Source of the DNA: Kudoa neothunni
Taxonomy: Eukaryota > Animalia > Cnidaria
Direction of reading: 5' to 3'
Length of the DNA: 64,000 nt
Assembly (NCBI GenBank): GCA_964304625.1
Contig: OZ199839.1
Coordinates: forward strand, 2,684,519 to 2,748,518
Position numbers and translations under genes: made by a program. Every line of letters starts with the position of its first letter. The stretch's first letter is position 1. Below the pieces are notes generated by a model. That model worked only from the letters and a program-made list of their open reading frames with translations. It made no database searches and was not told the origin of the DNA. Positions 39,072 to 50,862 of this stretch are shown piece after piece.

Positions 39072-40557
39072 ATGTTGGCGCCCTTTAGACATAGACACAG
39101 ATATTTGTGTTCGATGTGAGAATGGTTTTAATTTTTCGGAAATAATTTAATTGTAGCAATGCTGTCGCCAACCGTTTCAAAAATGTAGGAATAATGATAT
39201 TGACAAGTGATCTTGGTTCGAAAGAAGTGTCGAGACTTCGAGTTTTGAAGAATTTGGTGAGATATGCAGATTATGATGAACTATGGCTGTTCAAGTGGGT
39301 CGATTATTCTTCCATACTTCAAATCAATAGCTGGATTGATATATTCAATCTAGATTCAAATTGTATCTTGAGAAACTACTGCTAGCTCAACGAATGAAAA
39401 ACATGGAAAAGGCACTCGAAGGCATTCCATCTATTTACGATCCTCAAGAAAAACTTATTGGCCAAGTTTTACACAAAATAAACACAAATTATCCCAATAT
39501 CAAGTTCACTTTTTACAAAAAGACCATTAGTTCTGCTAAAGAAGTTTTCGACACTATGGATCAGATTTTGAGGTGGAATTGTTTATTATTAGTGACTTTG
39601 GTCTAACTCAGTTGATCTCCTGTTAGTGATAGAGTGGACCATTTGGTGACGTTTCCTATACGACCAACCTACACATGTAGCGAATGGTCCAGAGAATTTT
39701 TCGATATAGCTTCCTATATCCGAGCAAACAAACAAAAAATCAACTTGACAATGAGTTGTGTTCAACCTTATCGACTGCGAAAAGATTACACTCAGCTAAT
39801 GGCTAATACCATTGAGAAGGCACTGAAATCGCTGAAACAAGTTAAGCAAATGGATTATGTGGTTCTCTTTTTGGCACCGTTTGTCAAATTGCAAGTAGAC
39901 ATTACAGCTATTGTCATCCTTTCAATTATTCTCAAGGAAATCAAACATGGGGATTTGAGTTATTTGAATTATATGGCGATGGCTGATACCATTATGTCGA
40001 AAGTCAATCTACCCAATCATTATTTGGTTACTTGGAATCTCAATGTATTAATACTAGTGTCGAGTTGATGTAAAAATGTTGTCTACCTGCAGGAGAATAA
40101 TGAAGACAATTTCCTAATGCCAAACACTTTCACCGCTTTGCGTCATCTGGTTCGAAATCAAAAGAAAAAGGCCTTTCTATTGGTGCCCCTTGGCAATATC
40201 TTTGATGGTAGACTAATGAGATATGAATATGATCTGGATATGACGGTCATCATAAAAAAAATTGTATTAGGAAAGTTTTATGATTAATTTTTTTAATCCA
40301 AATACAGGAACCTCATGTTAACCTTTCAAAGTTGGTGCCTCTTGATAGGAATCCTGAAATGATTAATGTACTATTGTGAGTTTTAGTAGAGATTTGCAGA
40401 GCTTGTGTAGGTATTCTACAAGATTTTGTGTGACCATTTGGACAATCACACTCAAAACTATCCCTGGTATTTGTTCGAAAAAGACCCCGACTGTGTTCAT
40501 CAAAGTTGCAGAGAAACGCGAGCCATTCTGTCCCAATTTTTCTCGAAACCAAATTAA
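39072..40557 (+). CDS. FECH: Ferrochelatase orthologue lacking the catalytic residues (candidate pseudoenzyme), 8 exons, 384 aa
   Basis: Exons 39072-39115, 39157-39294, 39354-39572, 39627-39894, 39937-40044, 40093-40263, 40308-40367 and 40411-40557 splice into an uninterrupted ORF. Blocks collinear with animal FECH: VGIMIL, FPIRPTYTCS, LMANTIEKAL, VVLFLAP...HGD, YLVTW, LMPNT, FLLVP...D...YEYD, NPEM and PDCVHQSCRETR. Confidence 0.85.
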
Positions 40558-40703
40558 ACGTTTTAATTTTCTGAATAATTGTATATGTTTATTTTTAATT
40601 AAAATCTATTGACTTTTTTTATATTTATGCCAGTTAAACATTATATGCTAGTAATTATATTGATATTACAATTATTTTAATATTTTTCTGAAAAGTATAA
40701 ATA

Positions 40704-42152
40704 CAGTAGGTAACCGATTTTACGTACTGTTAATTTTTCTTCTCTTATATATAATTATTAGAGTCAAAACTATTTCTAAAAATTATGAAAGTTTATTTCA
40801 TGTAATGCAAATTTAATGAGAAAAAAGATTTATAACGAATATTTTTATATAAATAGGGATTATCGATTTTAAGTAACTTTTTGTCTCCAACTCTAATTTT
40901 TAAAATCCTTTGTTTTAATGTATTACGCCAATGATTACATTTTAAATAATTTAGATATAATGAAAAGTTTATTATTTTTCCATTTTTTTAAAATTTCGGG
41001 ATGAAAGCTGGTAAATCTTTTACATCATGTGATTTTGATCTCCTACCTATTTCTGCCATGAAAATTCCAGAAATAATAATAATATCTAATTTATTTCCTC
41101 ACGTAAAATAAGTAGGGGTTCATTCAAAAGAAAAATTATGAAAAAAGGATCAAATAATAATTTTTCTGCTATACTTTATAAATGATTTATACATTAGAGC
41201 TAAGAAACCCGATTTATTATAGACGATTAAATATGTAAATAATTAATAAAGGAGTTCCATTCAACAAATTTTTTTATTTTTTGTAGACTTTATGATTAAA
41301 TGTCCCGTCCTAATTTAAAAATGATTAATTTTCTTGGGTGGCCATGTATGCAATAAAAACTGTTACCATAACTAGTAGAACAAATTAAATGCTATTGCTG
41401 AAAAATTTTCTACCGAGCTTTTTATACAATTTATATTTAATATATTGTTCAATCATCAAAACAATGTCGAATTATTTTAATAGGTCCAAATTCTCAAAGA
41501 TAAATTCTAATTTACGTGTGGAATTCAATTCACGCCTAGAAAAGACATCTAAATGATTTATGAGCTAATTTTATATGTCCATTTCTGATAATTGTTCAGA
41601 TCGTCCTTTGATTTGTCATCGCAAGACTTCACGATTTCTTAATGTCAATAAAAATTTCCCAATTCAATTTGAGTAGAATAAGGAAGCGAGAGTGATGATG
41701 AAACATCTAAAATATACCTAATTTGTTAAAATAGTAATTTCAAATATATTGTTGACAATTTATATGTATGTCTCTATGACTCAACTTTTAACTATCAAAT
41801 TAAATTATATAACATCATTCTTGTATTTTTCAACAAATTATCGACTACCTCTCAATGAACGAATAATTAATTTTCAAAGTCCAACTAACTACAAAATTAT
41901 TTCGATTAAAAATCACACTTTTGAAAATGGTAACGATCTAAATGCATAGTCACTAGTTTTTATTCTAATTATATTGAAAAGATAAAAATTGTTCTTAAAC
42001 TTAATAATTGTGAACCTTATTATATTACTTCAATACAAAATATTTTAATTGTCTGTACACACATCAAGAAAGTACTTAAAATCTGTTAGTGATGCATTTT
42101 CAGTAACTTTTCTCTGGTCCCTAAAGGATTACGGAAAACCGATTACCTACTG
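40704..42152. mobile_element. Tc1/mariner(pogo)-type non-autonomous element (MITE)
   Basis: 23-bp TIRs CAGTAGGTAACCGATTTTACGTA / TACGGAAAACCGATTACCTACTG with TA on both sides. A second copy lies in V-ATPase intron 10. Confidence 0.85.
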
Positions 42153-42417
42153 TATCACAGTTTGAGTCTATCCTTGTAATATTTTAAATATTGAGTCAAA
42201 TATACATATATATTATTTTCGAAGAAATTAATTTTAATTCCTATAATACAATGACTTTTTTTTTTGTTTTCATACGCAATAATGAGATCAAAATAAGTAC
42301 GAAAAATCCAACTAAATCACTGAATATGGCATATGCGCACGCACAGATATTCAAAACAAATTTTTCTTATAGAGTTGTATTTCGGGCACAGCAATTAGAA
42401 TATTTCATTTTTACTGA

Positions 42418-43872
42418 ATGCGTCTTTATTCTTTGCCACTTTTAAGTCATCTAAAATATTTTCGAGTGGGGTTTGGTGATTGATTAGCAATAGGCCTGAT
42501 TTTAATGTAGAATGTCTCGACAAAATCAAAATATGATGATGGAAAAACATTATTGGATTTTATAGAGTTACCTAAAGCAACTAAGGGTAGTGGTGAAATT
42601 ATTGTGCCGTTTCAAACAGATACAGCTGCGCCAAAGTAGTTCATTGAGTAATACTAAATGAATAAATGAGTAGAAAATATCAAAATTTACCGTTGTGGCT
42701 GAAAACCGAAATACCACTAGGCGAGAAATATTTCAATATCAAGTCCCAGCTGAAAGGCCTTGGGCTTGCTACTGTCTGTCAAGAAGCAAAGTGCCCTAAT
42801 ATTGGCGAATGTTGGGGTGGCAAAGGCGGGGCTATTTCCACAGCAACTATCATGGTGAGACCACTGTATTTTGATGATGTTTATGAATGAGAAATGAGTA
42901 GATAATGGGTGATACTTGTACAAGAGGATGCAGATTTTGCTCGGTAAAAACTGCTCGCCATCCAAAACCCTTAGATGAAAACGAACCAATTAACACCGCA
43001 AAAGCTATCGCTAGCTGGAATGTTGATTATATAGTGATTACGTCGGTGGATCGTGATGATTTGGAGGACTTTGGTGCTAATCATTTCGCTGAGACTGTTA
43101 AACAAATTAATAAAATGTATTATTTTTATAAATCAGTCTCGATGTAGTTTGAGAGTTCGTGATTATAACCCAAATTTTTTTAAAGAGGACTTAATTAAAA
43201 TTTACTATTTCCTTTAGGAAACCAGATATTTTAATCGAATGTCTCACTCCTGATTTCTCAGGCAGAGTAGACCTGTTGAAAACTGTTGTCGAATCTGGAA
43301 TGGACGTATTTGCACATAACATCGAAACTGTGGAACGTTTGCAGAGATTAGCTCGAGATCCTAGAGCCAACTATAAACAATCAATGTCAGTGCTAGAAAA
43401 CGCCAAACTTATCCGGCCTAATGTCATTACAAAATCTTCCATTATGGTAGGGATGGGTGAAACATCAGACGAAGTGATACAAACGATGACTGGTACCATA
43501 ATGGTTAATTTGATGAAATAAATCTTGTTAGATCTGAGAAACGCTGGTGTAGATTGCATTACAATAGGACAGTATATGCGTCCCACGAAACGACACCTTC
43601 AGGTGCAACAATACGTTCATCCTGAGTTGTTTGAATTGTGGAAATTGAAAGGAGATGAACTGGGGTTCAAATATACTGCTAGTGGTCCTCTTGTGAGGTC
43701 CTCTTATAGAGCTGGTAATTTTAGTGATTTAGCGTTTGTCTTTATGTTTATTAATTCAATTCAATTCAATTCGATCTAATTAATTATTTATTTATTTATT
43801 TATTTAGGTGAGTTTTACATCAAAAATATTGTGAAAAATAATCAGAACAACTTTAAACAATCTCCATCCTAA
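42418..43872 (+). CDS. LIAS: Mitochondrial lipoyl synthase (radical SAM)
   Basis: Presequence-like start [25 protein letters not shown], auxiliary cluster [12 protein letters not shown], radical [31 protein letters not shown] and [12 protein letters not shown] at 43870-43872. Confidence 0.96.
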
Positions 43873-44937
43873 TATATTCATAGTACGTGAATAAATTGTC
43901 AAATTTTAATTGTTCAATTATTTGTACGTTTTTTAATATTGTTTTTCTTCCACACTTATTTTATCTATAAAAACAACAAGTTGATTCAATATATACTACA
44001 TAAAACTTCCTTTTTTCAATATTTCCAAATGAATATTTTTTTACAATTTAGCATCGAATGTATGTTTTTGAGTGATTAATATAAATTCATAAGAATTTGT
44101 AAATTAGTTTAAAAATTTTTTTATTTTAATTAATTAAGTTTGTATAATCTTCTTAATCCCTCAATACACTTTATAATTTCCTCGCCATAACTCCACAATT
44201 AGTCCTTTAATTAATTTTATACATGGACAGAAAATTCACTAAAAAGTTTTCTTAAGTGTTGGGAAATATTTAAACGCAAATTATTCTCTAAACCTCACAC
44301 ATTGTACATCAACCACTCTCCAACGCTAAATTTTATTTTTTAAGAAAATAACTTTAAACATTTAGAAAAATAAAGAAAATTAATAATTCTTGATATGAAA
44401 AAATTATCCTACGTTGTGAAACTCCGCGAACGTTTTTTTAAAATAACTGTGAGTTTTCTGCTCATATAACTTCACAATAACCTTAATGCTCATTAGCTAA
44501 CCATAACTAATTTTGTTGGATCAATTTTGGATTAATCTTCAATAAATTTGAATTTTAGTTAATACATAAATAAAATCTAACAAAATATTATCTATTTGTC
44601 TAATTTATCCTAATTTCAGTGGATGAATGGTCGTACGTAACAATAAAACCTCATATAGGAATATTTATTGTTTTATACCCACATCGAATGAAAAGCTGTA
44701 ATACAATTAATTGAAATTAAAGGAATTGAGCATACTCAAAAAAAAGTTTGGTTAATTCAATTATCAGTAATCGTATTTTTGAACAGTGTTTCTCAACAAA
44801 ATAGGTTTCATTCCATCGGGAAGTATTACACATCTCTATATTTACAATCTTTGAGTAATGCTTTACTGGAGTGGATACTTTATTCTGATAGAATTATCGA
44901 AACATTTTGAAGCAATTGAATGTTGTACTATACATTA

Positions 44938-45523
44938 CAGCGGTGGCCTAACCGTGGCTCTTGCAAAAAATTTTGTTGAATTCTGCCAGCACGTTAATTA
45001 GGAAAAACTGCAAAGTTTAACTATTTAATCAAGTGAAGGAATGAGCTCTTTAATCATAAACTAGATATTATTTTTGATTAGAAAACATATCTGCAAACTA
45101 CTGTATAATTTTAATATTTTATGCAAACTAGAATTATTTCCAGTTTCATTAGGAAAAACAATTAAAACTAGTGTTTATTCATTATTAAATTTATAGGTAA
45201 CGAAAGAATAAAACACGAATTAAAGCTTTGAAGATGATTCATATTTCCAACTCACCAAACGAATTTTGGAAATACGTTCCAGAAACTAAATACTCAAAAC
45301 TAAAAGGAATTTTCCTCAAACTTGTTTCTATGTTTGGAAAACTTACTGTTATGAGTCTACTTATTCAACTATGAAGTTGGTAAAATCGAGGCATCGGGGT
45401 CCCTCCCTCACAAACAAACACCTGACGGAACTAATTCGTACAGTGTTAACAGGTTACGAACCAGATTACCGTCAACCCATTGATAATATGGAAACATGAA
45501 AAACTCGTGAGGTGGTCACGCTG
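44938..45523 (+). mobile_element. Internally deleted hAT element retaining the dimerisation-domain coding fragment
   Basis: CAGCGGTGG...CACGCTG ends. Decayed FWKYVPE..KY...LVSMFG.TY..ESTYSTMKLVKSRHR..LTNKHL at about 45260-45440. Confidence 0.65.
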
Positions 45524-45558
45524 TCCAGCAAAATGTGTTGTAAATTTACTATAAGCCT

Positions 45559-45700
45559 GACAATATGGCATAATGGTGTTAGGTCGAGATCGCACACCTT
45601 GAGGTTGCGAGTTCGAAGCCTAATCCGAAATTAAGTAGGGAGGCTGTAGTAACCGCAAGGATCTACAATTTATCGTGGCTTTGCTTGTAGCTAGGTTGTC
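45559..45700 (+). mobile_element. tRNA-derived SINE, truncated copy
   Basis: A box TGGCATAATGG (45566-45576) and B box GTTCGAAGCC (45611-45620), followed by body sequence shared with 17375-17860. Confidence 0.65.
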
Positions 45701-45929
45701 TCCAAGGGCGAAATATATCGCTGTTTTCAGTGCAAATAACGCCTCTGAAGCTGCAGAAAATAGTAATGAAGGAATTGTATATGAACGCGAATTATTAATA
45801 AAAAGACTTTAGAAAAAATTATTTTAGGATAATTTTCGAATCCAAAAGTGGCCGTAAGTTTCACAGCTGAAAAGAAAATATTTTTACCACGATCGCGTGT
45901 CCACAAGTTAAATGACCCATCTAATATAA

Positions 45930-48187
45930 AGGTGTTGAGTTTATCGCAGGTGATATTTCAGGTATTTGCACTGCCCCAAATGGGTCAACGGATGTAGTTT
46001 TTGGTTTAATGATATCTCATTATGGAATGAGATGTGATATTTATCCAAGTTTCGTTTATAAGCTTCAAGATAATTATTCTCTGACGAATTTTGACGTTTA
46101 TAAACCAAAACATTAGGTGGATCACACATCGGATCAGGAAAGTAAGTACGCTCTCAAACTCACTAATAAATTCCCCTTTGAAATCTGCCGCTTCAGCATA
46201 CGTGATTGGTTGACTTCAAGCGTGGGAGAGTCATCCGGTGAATTTATTTCAAATTTCGAGGGACAAGCTGAAGATTGCTACGCCCCTTGTAACAATGTGG
46301 AATTATCTTTTATTGCCTCAAAGACAATCGTGGAAGTGTTGTTTCAAACGAGACATTTTCCAATGGGAAAAGCTAACAACGATTATTTTGGATATAAACA
46401 AACAAAATTTGGAAAACTTGAATAAAAACATATTAATTATACTTATATAGTTATCATTGAATCCGGTTCTGATGATGGTAGATTATTGCCTGCTATAACA
46501 AAAGAAGATTCTACTTTGAATGTGTCCCTCTTTACTTCCATAACGGAGCCAAAATTTACAAGTTGCACCGTCTACATTTATAATGTCGATAAACCGCCAC
46601 TTTCTGGTAGGAGAAAAGCAAGATATAATATTAGTGAGAATAGTGTCGATACTAAATGCGGTACTGCTTGTGATAAGTCGTTAGTAATAAAGGATCTTTC
46701 TAGTGTAAAGCCATACATTCTGGAAATTGCACCTGTTGGCAGAAGTGATATGTCAGGAAATTTCAAAGAGAAGAGATTTTTAGAACAAGTATAAAAAATG
46801 AGATAAATATTTATATAACAATTATTTGGAAAATGAAGAAGGTAAAACATTTCCCTCAATTATCCCAACAATAGATGAAACAACAGCAACGATCAAAGAC
46901 CTTGCTGATGATGGAGAAATCAACAAAGATGACCCCACGTATGCATATTATATCAGCCCTCGCAGAAGGAATATATGTGTTTGTGCAATGAGCACTGAAA
47001 GTTATCTTTGTCGAGGATTTTGCCGAGAAAATTAAACATTTGTTGGGTTAACTCCAGGCACTGAATTTGACCTTAAGATAATTGCCCACAAAGATTATAT
47101 ATTCATAGTGCATCAAATCACAGCAAGTATAAAAGATTGGAATGATAAAAAATTATTAAATTGATGGGAATGCCCATACTGACACTTGACAAGCAATTTA
47201 TTGATAAAGGTATTCAAAGTGGTTGGTTCATTATCGACACCAGACCCCACCGCTCTATGTAGCTATAAAGTGAAGATTCAAAAGGAAACGAGCTTTGAAG
47301 TAATTCACGAATGTACAGAAACAACACCTGGCCAGTCTGCAAGTATATTAAAGGTTTCTTAAATTGAGATGGTTAGGTCAGCTGCTGATCAAAAAGCTAT
47401 TTCCATCCCTGCAAAAAATAATGTCACAGCAACCTCACGCAAGGAATTACCAACTTGTTCCGAAATATTATTTACTAATGCATACGATCGGTCCAAGAAA
47501 TATGAGATGCTGGTGACTGCCATTGGTGGTCGTTCACAGGAAATAACTGTTGTTGTCCCATAAAGTAATAATTTGTTTCTGTTTACTCCTAATAGAATAA
47601 TTCTTTACATAAATTTGTAATATTAGACCTTCTTCCAATCAGCCAAAATATCGACAAAAAACTTGTTATTAGCGTAAACCGCGGGGGGAACAAACTGAAG
47701 GTTACAGCACCACTTCCTAGCAATGCCACTGAAAGCACATGTGGTTGGGAGTTACGTAACGTTTCAGATGCCGAGAAGCCTTTAGTGAAATCGTGTAATG
47801 GCGCCAATGATAGTGGCTGTGAAGCTCTTCCGTTATGTAATAACTTTGAAATCACAAACGTTGACGACACCAACGAATATCATCTGACGGTGTATGCGAG
47901 CAGTGGTTCAACAATAATCGGAAATGGAGAAAATAAAAAGGGTAGATCGCGCGGTTGTTTAATATGATCATATATTTTTAGAAGAAACCCATGATACAAT
48001 GAAATCAACGTAAGTTGTATAAATTTGTTCAGCTTTAATATTTATATAGGTCCAAAAATACCATGTATTATTAATTAAGCCTATTTATTTTTGTACTGAA
48101 GTTATTTAGTATTATAGCTTCGGTAGTTACAGGAATTTTCATTGTCGCTATTCGAATAGGAGTGATTATTATGAAAAGAAGAAATTA
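45930..48187 (+). pseudogene. Pseudogene of a type-I membrane protein with tandem Cys-patterned FN3-like repeats
   Basis: About 100-aa exon-encoded units (for example FVGLTPGTEFDLKIIA and ITNVDDTNEYHLTVYA) and a terminal TM plus basic tail SVVTGIFIVAIRIGVIIMKRRN*. In-frame TAA at 47033-47035, frameshifts, and broken splice sites (GA donor 46412, TGG acceptor 46829, AAA acceptor 47160). Confidence 0.7.
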
Positions 48188-50862
48188 AAAATCACTCACT
48201 ACATTAGTTTTAATCAACTTAGAATTTATCATTTTAATATTTTATTGAGTCCTGTCCATAATTTTTTTATAATGATATTTGCCCCAATTTAAAAATAAAT
48301 AGTTTATTTCTTCTTCTGTTCTCAACATAAATTTAGAAATGTATATTATACATTGAAAAAATTTATATTTTAATATAGATCAATATTTATTTTTAAATTT
48401 GATTACCTCGTTAGTACTTCATTAATTATCAAATTATACTTTTCTGAGATAAATATATAAGTAAACGAAAAATAATTATTTACATATTTTAAAAAAAGGT
48501 AGCTGTGTTATAATTCAAAAACTACGTCGATAATATTTTTGGAACAAAAAAAATTCGAACAAATTCCAGTATTTTAAATAAAGGGCTCTCAGTGGTTTTT
48601 TCAAATTTATCCCCTCAGTCTGATGAAAAATCGCAACTCATCCCTTTAACTTGGAAGCCGAATTCGTATTTCCCACTTTGTCACTCTTAGGAACTAGAAA
48701 TAATTAAAAATAATCAAAATTAGTGACATTTGAATATTATTTGTTAAACAAATAGTCACCTTAAGTATTATTATTATTATTAATATTATTACAAAAAATC
48801 TCTAAAAGATAAACGAGGTATAAAAGAAAGAGACTAGTAACAGCTATATGAATATTTGTGAAATACTTATTCCTAACAAAATTTTAAGCTTTTGTAATAA
48901 ACTATCGAATTTAATAACCCTAAATAATATAATTATTTAGAAATCCTTAAGTATGTCACAAACCCCATTGCAAAAAAAATTACCCCTATCAAATTGTGAT
49001 GTCACTTAACTTACCCCTGCCATTTAAATTTTACCCCCTGTTGAGAACCCCTGCTCAAAGTAACTCGAAAATATTTTGAAAAGAAAAATCCGACCAACGA
49101 TCGCTTTTATATTTTAACGAATTTTTTTCTTTAACTCATAATATTATATAATCACATGCATAAAGCTAAGTTGCTCGTGTGAGTGTGCATGCGTGTGGTA
49201 AAATCTTTTTCCTTATATTGAGTCATTTATAAGATTTTAAACATATATGATATTTAGAAAAATCGAATAATTATTTGCATTGCAATAAATCCTCCAAAAA
49301 GTATTTCGAATATAATGATTTTGTCTATTTAAAGTTTGTTACGCCGATTACATGAGTTCAACAATAGGATTAACGCCGGCTTATCTCATGGTGGTAGTCG
49401 GTTGAATGAGACATTCCTTCTTGTATGCTCGATCAAATATTAGTTAAGCAATACAATCTATCTTTATGTACAAAGGTGGTGCGTCTATTTTAGTGTTATC
49501 CAAATACACGCTTATGTCGCGAGTTTAATGTATTTGTCTTGAAAAGTAGACTCTGAAAGCTCTATTAATTGTTTTAAATACATTATAAATGTCTACACCG
49601 TTTAATTAATGATGAAAGGGCAAATCATGTTATTATCAAATGTATTAAAGTCTTATAATATTGGCACTGTTTCATCAGATTTTATTTAAGTCCCGCACTA
49701 AATTGAACCTTCAGCAATCAAATTCAATAATGACGTTATACTTCGATTTCATCTGATTAATTAATATATATATATAATTTGATGTTCAAGAAATAAGAAA
49801 ATATTTGTAATATCGAATGCATTCTATTCGATATCGGATAAAGTGGTATTAATTTGAGCTATAAAAGTAAATTTTCGTAAATTATCTCCTAACTAAGTAG
49901 ATTTTGTTATTTTTATGACCTCTCAAAAATGATCTTTATTATAAATTCGCTAATCACAATTGTGGGAAGTACGATACTGTAAAAATTTTTCAATTTAAAC
50001 ACTTCTAATGATTACCTAAAAGTATTAATGTATTTATTAATAATTTAAAAATTTTACAATTCACAATATTTCCCCTCCGAAAAATGTTATATATTTCGCG
50101 CCAGTTTACCATATTTATCATTTAACACTAATTGTTTACATACATCCGAATACCCCCGCCTTTAACCGACAATTGAGAAGGACATTACTTTGACTATTTA
50201 AATGGTGTATTCCTGTTTGTATTGACCATTTTTTTGTTTTTCCGATAAATTTATCACAAGATGAGCGAAACTAATACCTTCATCAACAAACTAGCAAAGC
50301 TTCCGTACATTTGGGAATTTTTTTCATAATTCCATGAGTTAATAATAATAATTTAAAAATTTCCAAATATTTGAATAAAATAAGAGAGTTCTTAAACACA
50401 TGGAAACTCGTATCAACAGAATTTTTCCGCTTCCCAAACGCTCAGCCGGATGAGTTAATCCTATTCAAGTCACTGTTTGTTGTTCTGGTGCCGAAAAACT
50501 CAATTCTATTAGTGTATCAAATAAAAACTTTCAAAATTATAAAAAATAAATTTATGTGAAATGATGATATTACTGATATCAACATAAACCGTCAAAAGGA
50601 GCTCCTTACGTAACTGAGGTATCCAAAACAAACAGCATTAATATTGACACAGGCTTAAGATAAAATTGGAAAAACACAACAATAGTTAAAACATCAATTT
50701 ATATAAAGAATTCTATATTTGATATAAATTGAAATACATTTTATCGAGTAGGAAATCAATTAGAGGCAGTTAGTGTCACCACCGACCACATACGATCATC
50801 AACGCTTTGTCAATTAATGTTCTTATTGGCTCTATTTCACAACATTTTTGTTTCTAATCCAA

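Noticed and set aside
22697-47035. In-frame TAA/TAG codons in several ORFs (MULE 22697, surface gene 47033, also pogo 15805), suggesting stop-codon reassignment
   Set aside because: They occur only in elements that also have frameshifts. Conserved genes have no in-frame stops and end in TAA or TAG, and the 55365 ORF ends in TGA.
46412-47160. GA donor and TGG/AAA acceptors as a new non-canonical intron class
   Set aside because: Confined to a locus with a premature stop and frameshifts. The introns I traced in intact genes are GT-AG.
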